A DNA stretch of 64,000 nt from Oikopleura dioica (taxonomy: Eukaryota; Animalia; Chordata): positions 6,448,001 to 6,512,000 of the forward strand of contig OU015566.1 in NCBI GenBank assembly GCA_907165135.1. Reading direction: 5' to 3'. Numbering within the stretch: position 1 is the first letter of the stretch; each line of letters begins with the position of its first letter. The position numbers and the translations under genes were made by a program. Positions 24,319-37,042 of this stretch are shown piece after piece. The notes below the pieces were generated by a model. It ran no database searches and was not told the origin of the DNA. It saw only the letters and a program-made list of their open reading frames with translations.

Positions 24319-24754
24319 CTCTTCTCGAGCGACTCTCGTTCTGACCGCACCCGAACTTTTGCCGTCGTTTTTAAGTGCTTCATGGCTTTGACGAAGTTTA
24401 GCAGAAGAAAGAAAATCTTTAATGAACTATTCTGCGGTTTACGGAGATTGATCTTGATATTGTATCCATCGCATTGTATTTGTTTCATGATGTGCGCATG
24501 AAAGAACGATGACCTTTGGGAGGTCTTTCTTTTTTTGCTGACCTGTCATCTTGAAATTCTTACAAATAGATGAACCAACAACTTTTACGGAGTGCAACAT
24601 GTTTTAATTAAACGCTTGTACGGTCAAAACAGTAAAGAAAAGAATGCTTAGTACGCTTTGATTTTTCGGGGAAAAAAAGAAAGAGGGAAAGTTAGGTCAA
24701 ACATTGGTGAAGGAAACAGGGATTTTTCTAAAGAAGTGACATGTCGATTTCGGC

Positions 24755-27700
24755 TTAGATGTCAGTATCGTGCCAGCCGTTGAGTTGTTGGTCGGGAGTT
24801 TGGTGGCCAGAGCGCGACATTTGGGTCATCGCGGTTGGAGATCGGTGCTCAGAGGGGAGGAGGGATGTTCCTTCGTCGTGGTAGGTCGTCACCTGAAGTT
24901 GTTTTAAACGCTGGTACAATGTAAAAGAATGGAGGGAAAGGTTAGTTAGAAATCAAAGGAGGAAAGAAAGGAGTTAGAGAAAGGAGGATAAATCTGGATC
25001 CAATCAAGCCAATAATCAAATCGCTCAAATTGTTGAATCATTGAACCTCGGATTTCTGAGCAGCAATAGAAATCATTTCAATATCAGCTTCAGTGAAAAC
25101 TGTGATGTGCTTTGAATTGTTTGTGGTGCTCATTTTTCGTTGAAAACAAGGAAGAGAACCAGCTAGAATTGCTGAATTCTTTTTCAACAAAATTGCCTAT
25201 TTAGGTTCTCATCAATTTCCATCTTCGCTTGTTTTTCTGGCGGAGAGCTTCTAGGCTTGGGAACTGCTGATGATCTTCCGGAAGCACGAGCGGATGCATG
25301 AGTCGATGCTCGGAGAGTTTGAGGGAGGGAAGCTTTGCTCATTCGGCTGGGGGACTCGCGCACGAACGAGGTGTTTTCGATCCCACTTTCTGGTTTTGGA
25401 GTAACTTGAGCTATTTTTTGGTTCAGCAATTTGACCATAAATCTTTACATCCCTTTTTCTTCATTTGAACCGTCCCTGAAGCCTTAGGCTTGTTCTTCGC
25501 AGCTTCAAGTCTTGCAATTTCTTCATCAATATTTCTCTCTGCCTCTTTTTGCTTCTCCACAGCAATTTGATATTCTTTCATTTGCTTTTCATATTCTTCT
25601 CCAGCGGCTTTGACGGCTTTTTCTGCAGCTTTCTGTCCAAATTCATTCAAAAATCAGTGCCAAAATAAAAATTTGTGATCCGTGCTCTTGCTTTTCCGTG
25701 ATTTTTTTTAATGATCATTTTTGAACATGCCTGGGCGTCAACCATTCCGAAAATGGGACGTGTTGTGCGGAAAATAGCCTAGTGGAAGTGAAAAAGAAAG
25801 GAAAAGAAGAAGGAAGATACAAGAAGTAGGAGAAGGAAGATTGAAAGATTAATTTACCTCGTCGTTGTTGTAGTGATCGTCCAAATCCTCTGGTCGGAAG
25901 AGCGAGTTTGTCAGCTCCTGTGAAAGTTGTATCGTTATCACTTTGTTTTCATCCAATTTCGTTTTTACCTGGGAGAGTCGTTTACGGATATCGTGGGGCT
26001 TATCTTCAGACATTCGGTACATCGTGGCAGCGGCATAGGTGGCGACGCACTCGTTTGCAGAGTGAAGGAGGGGTTGGAGGATAACAGTGGCGTTTTGAGC
26101 TTCGATTTGGTCGGCAGCTTCCTTATCAGTTGCGAGTTCGCACAAAAGACCAGCTAGAAAATTTATTGTAAATTTGAAACTACGTTTTTGAAACATCTTA
26201 GAGAATGTCTTTCTTGAGAAAGCATATGATCTTACCTGCGCTTCGCTGCATATTCCCATTCGGAGAAGACAGGAATCGAACAACAGTTGGAATCACATTG
26301 GATTGTCGGATGAGCTGTCGATTCATTGGATCTCGCGCCAAGACGTGAAGTGCGCCAGTGGAACCTTCCGCTACATCTTCCGGGACAACTCCATCTTCGT
26401 CGTCATCTCGGTAGCCGCGGGACATCTCCCCGTCCGCTCGGAAAAGCAGCTCAATCAATTTCGGAATCGCTCCTGCGTCACGAAGATATTGCTGGTTTGC
26501 AGATCCGATGCCCAAGTTTCGGCAGAGGCCAATAACTGCCTTGACGAGTGGGTAGTGAGAGTCAGGGCCAAGGAGCTTCACGAGCGTTGGAATTCCATGT
26601 CGAACAGCTTCCTGTGCCGCCTTTGCTTGCTCATGTCGCGATGTCAAATGTCGCAGCGCGCAAATGGCCGGTTCGGTGATGTCATCCCGCTCGACAGCTT
26701 GGAGCATCGTTTGAACAAGCGCCTGGACACCGCCAAAGTGGCAAACGAGGGCTTTGTTTCTCGCATTGTTGCAGGTCAAGTTTGAGAGGATTCCAACGCA
26801 GCACATGACGATTCCGACATCGTTCGATTCCAAAAGCCGAACAGATCGCTGGAGCAAATCATCCAATCCTTCTTCCTTGGTCGCTTGATCAGAGAGATTT
26901 CGAAGCGTCCAGAGACAGTTCATAACGACTCTGTTGGATGGATTATCCAACATTGCGCCGAGAATGTTCATTCCATTGCACTCGATAATCACTTGTTTAT
27001 TCGAGGTCTCGACAGAAAGGACCTTCAACAAACGACACGTGGTAAATAGAAGCTTTTCATAATCGGCATTGTGCTGGAGAATGCGAATAAGCTGCTGGGT
27101 TCCGTGCTTTGAGACGATAATGAGCTTCGATTCTTGGTGCTGAAAGGAGAGCATTTCCAAGCAATCAGTTAAAAGAGCGAGCATTCGAAGTGGAGCATTG
27201 TCCTTTGAGAGCAAATCGACCATCTTTTGGACTCCACCAGCCAATCGGACGGCTCGTTTGGCGTCGTCTCCCTGGTGTTGGAGGATGTTGTGGAGTGTGG
27301 TGAGGGAGTAATGGACCACTTTTTCGACGGGCGAAGAGAGCATCTTGACAAGAGCGGGAATTCCACCGGATCGGAAAATCGACAAGAGACCCTTTTTCGA
27401 TCCAGAAATCGCTGTCAAAGTACCAGCCAAGGCCTTGACGGTTTCAGGGTCGTCGTTGGTCGTGAGGACCTTGACGATGGCGGGGATGAGATCGGGACTT
27501 TCAATGAGCGCATGTCGCGGGGCTTCTTTTTTCGCAAGTTGGAAAACGGTGCCAGCTGCTTGTCGAGCGACGCCGCGGTCAGGATCTTGCAACAGCTTTT
27601 TATTGGGTTGTCAATTTGAATTTGAAAGACGCAGAAAAAAGATGCAGCAAGTAGACTTTCAAAGTCGTAATTTATTAATGAACCCTTGCCTTAATTAGTT

Positions 27701-29386
27701 CCGGAATGGCAATGGCGGTTACATCGACATCATCCTTGTAGTGGATCAGCATGACAATGGCCTCCTTGAGCAGTTGGCTCGGCTGGGCAAGCTTTTGAAC
27801 ACAGGTGGCCTCTCCAGTTTCGTACTGAGTCGAAACAAAGCTCGATCCGTCGTCAAGAGTTTCGGGAAACATGGCAGCCCGGATCCGATCCGCTCGTGTT
27901 CTCACCATGTCTCTGTTTAGGTCAGAAACCTAAATTGGAAAATTTCAAAAAGGTCAAAATGGATATTTTTAAATCTGTGTGAAAATGGTCACGGGTGAGG
28001 GAACTCGTGCGCGGGGCTTCGAAAGATGAAACTAATTAACGGCAATTTGAGCTTGATTGATGGAGAATTTTGAATAAACGAAAGGGGGGAGATTGTTTTA
28101 GAGCGAAATAAAGACCATAATGTCCCGATAAATATCATTTTTATTTAGTTTTTTTATCAAAAAATGAATGAAAAACGTAATCTATCCTCCTTTACAGCAC
28201 GATGTGTACCGTCAATAATTTTTCTATTTAATAAATTAATTAAATCTCAATTCAAAAACAAACTTTTTGAAGAAGAAATATTGATTTACCTGTTCATTCG
28301 CATACTCATGTTGCCACTCTTCAAACACCTGTCCCATTGTTCTTCAATATTTACTGACAGCTTCTTCTGATTTCTCCTTCTGTAAATATACTTTCTATTT
28401 CGTAGCTAATTGAGCAAACTGAGGCTCCCTCTTTGAGCTTTTAGCGTGCGTGAATGGGGAGTAAGTGTCAAAACGCGCGGGAGCGAACCCAAAACTCGCT
28501 GTAGCTCTATCTATTGGCCAACTGTGGCTGCTATTGATCGCTCTGGGCAATGTTCGCCCGCTCAATGGGCCCGCGTAGTTTTGAATGATTCAACTCCCAA
28601 CTCGTGCATAATCATCCTTCTCGATTTTAAAAGAGGCTCTGATCAATTTTTATGTATTGGTCATCAGATCAAAGGATAATCATCCTTCTTGACATTAAAA
28701 ATAAGCTCTCATCAATTTTTGTTTACCGGGGAGGTTCTTTTATGATAATATTTTTTAGAAATTTATTTCTCGAGCATTATTTTAAAGTAGCGCTTTATTT
28801 TCATACGCAATAATCAATATCAACTTTCAAGGCGTCACTGAGGGTGATCCGTCTACGGCAAGCTTTGGAACGTCTTCATCGAAAAGTTGGAAAGAGGAGG
28901 CTTTAAGACAGGAGGTGGAGGAAGTTCTAGAGAGGGATCGCTCGTCTCTGGTGTATCTTCTATCGCTACGCTCTGTTGATCATCACCAAACTGGAATGGT
29001 TATGCATTTTCATACTGTAAGAGTGGTAAATTGCTCGTCAACTGCGGTCGGTATCGGAATCAAGGAAGAAAACAACTTTGTACAACTTTGTTGGTATATG
29101 TATCTAGGTATTGGTGTTTTATTTGAGCTTATTGCTCTTGACTCCTTGAGTGAAGAGTGAGCTGCATGCATAGAAAAGAAGCAGTACCGGTTGTTATCAG
29201 TTTGGTTAGGTAAGCGCTCACAGACAGAGTAGATGCAATGACTGACTGTGACGAGAGCTAACACTCACATATACTCTTCTTCCGACTCGTAGTCGGTGCT
29301 TCTCGATCTATTCATTTCAGAGGCGATTGTGGTTGCGGAGTAATCTGAGTTCGGAACAGAAACGTAGCTCAAACGATCGTCTTGAT
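24755..29386 (-). CDS. ctnnb1: Beta-catenin; short first coding exon not located
   Basis: Phase-consistent exons 29386-29269, 28379-28290, 27912-27690, 27595-26236, 26153-25969, 25917-25858 and 24892-24755. [18 protein letters not shown], armadillo repeats, TYAAA, KRLS, terminal GWHDTDI*. Confidence 0.95.
25040..25632 (-). CDS. Conserved coding segments inside the last beta-catenin intron (nested gene or alternative tail exons)
   Basis: Mostly synonymous divergence from copy A; K/E/A-rich helical segment; possible phase-0 donor TCCGAG/GTTCAA compatible with the terminal exon. Confidence 0.55.
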
Positions 29387-30897
29387 CTGAAAAATGTAAA
29401 AGTAGACCTGTGGAAAGAAGTAGGCCGCGGACGTAAAAATCTATCACCACCATCGGAGCTTCGTATTGGATCATTCAAAAGCTCTTGGAAAAGGCTTTCT
29501 TATGGATAGATAAAAACATGGCCCTAACTCCTAGTAGTTTTGACCTTATATTTATTTCAAATAACTCGAAACTGGGAGTTTTATATAAGTTATAGGTATC
29601 ACTTTATAGTATTCATATGACCCACATTTTCATTGCGTCGAAGATCTGGGCCAACTTGCGTCTAAATTAATCTATTTTTGATAATTCCAAACACGATGTG
29701 CCCCACAAGCATTTGACCTTAATTTCGAGAGAATATGATTATGGCTAAGCAAGTGCCCGTGTTTTTGCAATAAAGAGAGAAACATTGATAGTTGTCTTTT
29801 TAAACGAGTCAATTGGCACTTGAAGATCTAGTTCAGATCCTGTCTAAATTCATCTATGGGAGATTTCAAATTTTGCGGACGGGTAAAAAAAATTTTTTTC
29901 GTGGTATTTGGTGATTTAAGCCATTTGAAAGAAGTGATAAAAATGCCTTGTGAACGAGGCGAAAACAGGAACGAGCAGCTACAAAACGACCTCGAGATCA
30001 GGCGCTGAAAATAAGGCTCATCCCTAACCCGGAAATTTACGAAATTTAGATGTCGAAGTGTAAGGAGAAAAACCTAACCTAACGACCTAACCCTAACTGC
30101 ATAATGCAGTTTCTTTCTAAAGATCAGTGAGTGCTTAAAATAGGTCACTGTATTGACCGAATCCCCGGATCGAACTGTATTACAGTCGGAGTCCATAATA
30201 AGAGACTTTTTCTCAAAATGTCGAAAATCAGCTGCAGTAAAAATCAAATTTAAGGGGAGGTGGTCGCTTTCTTGACTTTTTGAACAAGCATAATTAAAAA
30301 ATTTTAATTTCTTTAATTCTAATTTCAGGGGATAATAAAGGGTTAAATGAAGAAGTCAACGTGGAAAAATTTCAAAAAATTTTCGAAGATTGAAAAAATT
30401 TTCGTCGAAGTGGGCGTTACTCTTAACAAAGGTTACGGCCAAATCCTTAAAAATTGTGAAAATCTAACTGTCAAAAACATTGTTTAAACGAGTACTAAGA
30501 AGCAAACGTGGAGAAAAATTGGGTAGTTATGGTGATTTAGGTTGAAAAAGCCAATTTTTGGAGTTTTGTTTTGTTAAAAATTGTCATTTATCATTCACTT
30601 TTCAATTTTTCACATTGTGAAATTAGTGAACATTAGTAAATTTTCGAAAAACCGTACTACGTACGTCCCAGAAAAGACAATATTGTTATTGCTTTTTAAA
30701 AATAATAGAAAAGATGAGTACTTTCGATGAGTTCGAAATAAATTTTGTTCCAAACAAGCATTTTTTGATTATCGAAATTTGTGTCTATCTGGTAGAGCGC
30801 TATGTTGCCCTCGCAAATTCTAGTTGAAGTAAAAACATGCTATGCTCTTTATAAACTCGGGCAAGACCAATTAATTATCAAAAATCCGAGCTCGAGA

Positions 30898-32264
30898 ATG
30901 AAGCTTCTGAATTGTATTTTAGCTCAAATAGCTAGCGCCGGCTACTTCCAGCAGTACGCTTCGCTGACTGCCGAAGAACGAGAGAGTCGACGAGTCATTT
31001 GCGATGCAAAGATCGACGAGACTCAAGCTGCCTTTCCTATCGAGAACGGATCGTGGGCTTGTCCAGGCTATGGACAAACCAGATCCAAGGTCCGATGCCA
31101 TCCAACTTGCGGCCAAGGCTTCCTTCCTGACTGGACAGAGAAGTCGATTTCAAAGCCGAAAAAGATGCCGCCCGATTTATGGCTCGATGCGGGGACCCGG
31201 CTACGATCGTCAGAAAGTAAGTTTTCGATTTCAGAATCAATTTATATTTTTAATTAAGAAATCTCCCGATCGGAATGGAGCTGAAATGTTCCGCCAAGCC
31301 TGCTCATCCATGCATTGCCAGAGCTGCGACGATTGCTATCTCGGACGGCAGACTAGAGCTTGCCAACGTGATCAACAAGAAACGAGCGAGCTACCAGGTT
31401 GTCTGCGAAGACGGAAGCGTCAGTGGTCGAGTTCACTGCTTCCAAGGAGTCTTCAACAATCCCAAATGGAACAGAGACGCATGGAAGAGCTCTTGTGTGG
31501 GAAAGACAACCACCGTCGCGCCATCCACTGAGCCACCGACGGAGCCACCAACGGAGCCCCCAACTGCGCCACCAACTGAGCCGCCAACTGAGCCGCCGAC
31601 GGAGCCACCGACGGAGCCAGCAACAACGCTTCCTGCCTGCCGCGACCCATGCCATGGGCTTGCCTCTTGTCAAACCTTCATCAATGGCTGCGAAATCGCA
31701 CCAAGCAGAAATAACCAGCTCGCAACTGTCTCTTCAGGAAGGGTTTCAATGTTTTGATATCCAAATTTTTTTTTCAAAATTTAAAACAATTGAAATCAAT
31801 TCTAAGCTTTTAACTACAAATTTTCGGCTGATGTCCTTTGCGATTTGTACGTGACCGGACACCAGGAGAATCTTATTCACGTCAATAGAGGAAACGCCTC
31901 TAGCGAAATCGGCGATCGTACGTTTTGTCTTTGGAAACGAATGAATCAAGACACTAAACTAAAATTTGCCGTTACTGACCCTGCCGACCTCTCGAAGTTT
32001 GACTACTCGGACGATTATGAGTGTGTTCCTGGCGAATGGACGACGATCTCTGTGGAAGTTCGCCAAGAAGAAGCAGACCCATCTACGCTTCGATTCACCA
32101 TGAAGATGGGAGACACCCAACTTCATTCCGGCACTTACGCTGCGACAGAGGAATTGAAGAGCTACGATCTCCAAGTTTTCGTTGGAAACCCCTGGGTAAA
32201 TTCCGCTACCGGCATGCTCGTCCGAAATTTCTACTACCAAACCTTCGAAGAAATCCCAGTTTAA
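30898..32264 (+). CDS. Secreted modular protein: sushi-like Cys modules, (TEPP)n linker, C-terminal ConA/LamG-like domain
   Basis: Exons 30898-31216, 31259-~31740 and 31807-32264. An A5 run near 31159 breaks the frame, while A6 in the copy at 4658 restores it. Confidence 0.7.
31527..31619 (+). repeat. 12-nt coding tandem repeat (TEPP)n
   Basis: About eight degenerate ACNGAGCCNCCN units. Confidence 0.9.
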
Positions 32265-33530
32265 ATTCTGGTCTGTTTTTCCACTGTAGTTACATTGCTT
32301 CAAAATTTTATTCATTATTCTCGAACTCATTCTTCCTTTATCTTTCGTGATTATCACCGAATAAATTATTCAAGAGCAATAAAATCTTTAATGAAAAAAC
32401 GAAATTGGCAATTTGAAAATTAAACCGACCAAATTTTTTCATCCAAGAAAATTCCAAATTGAGAGGACTTTTTTGAAAATTTCCATTCAAAATCAGGAAA
32501 TGTCAGCCGAGCAGTGAATCAATTTCTTTGTTTTTTAGCTTAAGATTTTATTTAATATTAAGAAAAAAATTCGCAAAAAGAGGTGATTTCGCGCTTTTCC
32601 CAAAACGAAGTTGAGTAGATCTCCCGCCGAGCCAGCGCGGCCAGACGCGCAGGAGCCACCCTTGACGATATTCACTTGCTTCTGTGACCGTTGAATCTGG
32701 ACAGCATCATTATCTGTAACATTTTCATCATACGCTTCTTAGGTTGATTGCGTGTGAACGACCCTGGCGGCTAGAAACTGTCTTTTGCGGCTTTTTCAGG
32801 GCATTTTTGAGGCTGACTCAAAAAGGTTCAAATTCTTAATAATGTTTATTTTTTTAATTGGAATTTTTATTGAACTAGATAACCGAAAGCAGTTCTTATT
32901 TTGTAGTCTCGAAAATTCAGCGATTTTTGATCAAAATTTGACTTCTTTTCTGCAAACTATTTTTCGAAAAAACGGGTTTTTTACTTCAGTTTCATCCAGT
33001 CCAATTTTCCTCCTTTTTTTCGACCATTTCCGGCAACCGCATGCGTGCGCTCCCCTGTCAAATGATCTCGATGGAGTGGCCCTTCCGCTATTCTTTAGTA
33101 GTGTGTGGCGGTGGTGTTGCATTAATCGCCCAGCTAAGGTCAGCGCAGCACCAAAAATGTCACGCCAAATGGCACCAACGGACTCCACGGAGCTTTGGCT
33201 ACACAATACATCGAGCCCGAGAGCAACATCATTTTTCCGCGCGCCGCGAAATTTTGATTTACCGCAATGTTTGAAATATTTTCATCCAAAAAGCAAAAAT
33301 TTGTTCATTTTCGAGCCGGAGAAAGACGAAATTCAAATCTTGTGCGATACAATTACTTAGCCCAAAATCCGACATGCATGAATTTTTGCATTTCCCCTCG
33401 ATGCGCCCTAATTGGTTTATTGTCTTTCGGACAGCAAGGCGGTAACTCACGAGTTTCAAAATATTCCTACAGAAGGGCTTTAGTTTAAGACCACCCCCGA
33501 GCTTTTTTTTACATTCGAGTAAGTTTATTT

Positions 33531-34302
33531 TCACAGAGAAGTTTTAGATCTTCGTTTGAAACTTGAGTTGTAGCTGGTAATAAAATTTTCGTTCATCTTT
33601 TTCACCGAATCTGAAAAGCTTGTTCTCGGCTTTCCGTTTTCTTTTTCTTCCTTTCTGATTGAAGACCCGACTCTTGAAAATCTCCTGTGCTTTGGTTTTG
33701 TATAGAAATGATGTCGTAAACTAGAAATTTGATAGAAAGAGAGTTTCTTTTCTGAATTCTGAATTCTGAGCTCGGCAACCACTGTACAAAACCTTTGTCA
33801 GGTTTTGAAGAGTTAAAATGAAAAGCCGCGCAACGGCTTTATTCAAAACGAAGCCGCTAAGCGGCTTCGCATTACAATCACTCTTATCTATCTTAAATAT
33901 TGGCGAAGCCGCTTCGCGGCTTCGTTTTCAAAAAAGCCGCTACGCGGCTTTTCATTTGAACTCTTCAAAACTTGACTCAGGTATTGTACACAGGTTCTTA
34001 TTGCAAATTAGTTTACCTCGGGGTCGGTTGTTTATCTGCATTTTGAGTTGCGAGCGAGATGAGCGAAGTCGGCACGTTTTCGTCCAATTCATCAAGGTTG
34101 CAAGCTGTGATGTAAGCTGCCGGATAATAAAGATTAGCGAGTGCCGCAGTGGCGAAGTTACTGTATAATATACAGTGTATATCGAAAAAAACTCACCCAA
34201 TATGCCGATGATAAAAGGGAAGGCGATGCCCAACGAGCAGACGCAAAATGTGAGCGCTCCGGTGAAGTCAGAATCGCCTCTTTGACTTGAAAAAGGGCTC
34301 AT
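33531..34302 (-). CDS. Possible single-pass membrane hypothetical protein
   Basis: ORF 34302-33952 has a hydrophobic stretch (ALTFCVCSLGIAFPFIIGILG) and a GTAAAC donor; the basic ORF 33782-33531 may be a later exon. Confidence 0.3.
33802..33971. mobile_element. Hairpin-rich MITE (same family as 6982-7127)
   Basis: TIRs GTTTTGAAGAGTTAAAATGAAAAGCCGC / GCGGCTTTTCATTTGAACTCTTCAAAAC with internal palindromes. Confidence 0.75.
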
Positions 34303-36817
34303 TTAGGTGAAATTAACAATTGATTCTGGACGAGTTAAAATTAAAGAAAAAGTCTCAGACAATTTGACAGACGCTTCTTTAACGAATTAGGAGCGCATTA
34401 GTATTCGACCAAATTATGTCGCATTCTGTTCGAATTGCAAAATAAGCATGTTTAGTCAGCCTTATTCCCCGATAATTGGGAATCCTGACTTCTAAAATCG
34501 ACAGTTATTTCGATCTCAAATTAGTCACGTGACCTGGTTTCGACGAAAAAGGGTCCTTGAAAAGAATTTTTGAAAAAATCAAAATTTTCTAATTCTATCT
34601 TTCAGAAAATAAAGTTTGATTTGTATAACTATCAAATTGAATTCTTGTCCGACCCAGAAATTATTTTGTAAAAAAAATATTTTTCATTTTTATCCTATTT
34701 TTCAGGAGAAATTCGTTTGCTACTGTTATGAACAGAAATTTTTTAATAGATTCGTGAGCCCTAGTCATTCTTGGTTCATCTGATCTTCTTCAAAATCTTC
34801 TTCTTTCAAAACCAGCTTCTTATTTTCATCTTTATTCTCTCATTTCAAAACCTGCTCTGTCTGTCCTTTTTCTCGTCCGGATTTAATTGTAACTGACCAG
34901 TCTGTATTGATCCTGTTGTTTCTATAATTCCTTCTTCGTTCTTTCTCGTCTAATTAAGCTGATAAAATTATTAATCAGGTCATGTGACTCCTCACGTGTT
35001 CTCTTTTTACTTCGCCGTTTTTTTCGTTGTTTGTGAGAAGATAATTTATTGGCGCCGCGAATGGGAAGATTCTTCTTTTTAGCGAGTGCCTTAGTGGGAT
35101 AAGCCATTTTTAATTAGATTTCATAAAGCCCTGTCCCATGGGCCGAGAAACAGGACGTGTTTCTTTACTGTCCGATACAGGTAACCTGTAATTGAAGCGG
35201 TTTTTGAGCACGGGACCTGTCAATTTTCGGTCTCGTCAGTTTTGAAAGAGGGTGATTTCGAATATTAGATTTTCTGTTTTTTCTAAAAAAGAAAAATCTT
35301 TTGAGGGATGAAAATCAAGTTCAAAAAATAGTTAAAAAATTATTCGAATCACTCGAAATTTCGACGGTAATTGGCTTATCCAATTAGATGGCGGTGATTG
35401 AACCGGATTGACTTTTCTGCTTCGAATCGGTTTCTAACGGTTGATGTGATGACCAGCCGGGGACATAAATAGTGTCACTTTGTTATCCCTCTAAATTAAC
35501 CGGTTCCTCCACCGTATCATTTTCTGCTGATAAATATTGCCGTTAGTTTGTCCTGGTTGTCGCCGCCATGGCTTCCGATCTTCTTCTAATAGTTTTTATT
35601 GTGTATTATTGATTTTGTGAATCATAATTTTAAACATTCAAGGAGTTGTATTTGAATTGGTTAATTTGAATGCAACTTGTTACATTTACACTGAGATATG
35701 AGTGAAACGATTGAAAATGCAAAGAAAAAACTTGAGGAGTTTATGGTTCAGCTAAAAATTGATGAAGCTGCTCGTAGCAATAAAAATATTGAATCAACTC
35801 AATCAAGTATCCAAGCTTTTTTGGGTACAGCTGAAACAAATTTACAAAAAGATGAGGCGAATATTTCAGAAAAAGAGAAAGAAATTGAAGCAATGGAGAA
35901 AATGATGTCAATATGTGGAAAAATTTTAGATGGGTACAATGAAGCTAATAATTTTCATTTGCAGCACAGAGACTTTTTTAAATCATTCGACGTGAAATCA
36001 TTCAGCATTGATTTCGTGACGAAAAGAACAACGAACTTAGAAACGAAAATAGCTGAGCACAAGACCTCCATTGAAGCCTCGAAGATGGCAATTGCTGAAA
36101 TCAAAGCAAATATTTAAGATTACATGGATAGAGAATGCAATTTGAACAATTATTCACTCGAGGATCTTATTCCAAAATGCGAAATCTGTCTTGGAAGATA
36201 TGACTAATAGGGCACAAATAAAGTACCCTGGTACCGGTCTCCTGACGCTAGTCAAATTCCTGCTCGGGTTTTTTATACTTGGGTCTATGCGTGTACGACT
36301 AAATAGACAATACACTGCGACTACAAGATTCAAGACTCAAAACAGCTCTACTAAGGCGTAGACCTGAGTTCGCAAGTACCCGTGAGAGTACTTGTTACCA
36401 CTGATTGCTCAGCGGCCGTTGTGGTTGCTGCTGCTGGTGTTGTTGCTGCTGCGGTTGTTGCTTCTGCTGTTGTTTGGTGGTTTCTTCTGCTGGATAAAAA
36501 GACAAGTGTTTTTTGTTTGGTTCGTTAGAATGATTTATTGAGGCGAAAGTCGCCTTTATATACTCAGAAAGGGATAATAAGAATGTTCGAGAACTTTCGT
36601 GGAACAGTAATAGAATAATCTTGTATCTTCTTAGAACAGTAATAGAACAATCAAGTATCTTCTCCAAGATGAAGTCATAATTCGTCAGCGTGAGTCATTG
36701 TCGCTAGAAGGTTCCAGGAGTATCTTCGGATGATGTCATTCAAGCGTCAGAAGTCCGTCATTGCTTCATACATTGAGTCAATACATTGTTATTTGTAAAC
36801 ATATGTATTTATGCTCA

Positions 36818-36963
36818 CCATAGGTGGCGCTAGTGTGTCACCACTAGAGGTCACTAGAGAGCCATTCCTGAGTGTCCACTAGGTGGCGCTAGAGAGCTGA
36901 CACTAGGTGGGGCGCGAGAGCCAACACTAGATGGGGCGCGAGAGCACACGCTAGGTGGCGCTG
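36818..36963 (+). promoter_or_regulatory. Cluster of six CTCF-like motifs in the LTR (also 41380-41525)
   Basis: CCATAGGTGGCGCT, CCACTAGAGGTCACT, CCACTAGGTGGCGCT, CACTAGGTGGGGCGC, CACTAGATGGGGCGC and CGCTAGGTGGCGCT versus the CTCF core CCACYAGRKGGCRS. Confidence 0.6.
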
Positions 36964-37042
36964 TTACAAGTGAGCATTAGCTCAGCTATTCTCTTACAAG
37001 GTATATGAATCGATGCGTACTTATAGTAATGATCTTGAGGTG

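Noticed and set aside
25647-25778. Reading AIFRTT...YFGTDF* as the beta-catenin C-terminus
   Set aside because: The exon at 24892-24755 (GWHDTDI*) fits better and differs from its copy only at silent sites. YFGTDF* is at best an alternative end.
26303-27698. Plus-strand ORFs over beta-catenin (and copies at 39-1155)
   Set aside because: Antisense to a conserved gene with no independent support.
28290-28337. [16 protein letters not shown] as the beta-catenin start
   Set aside because: Its phase-0 donor does not fit the next acceptor; the other frame (EEQWDRCL...) is phase-consistent on both sides.
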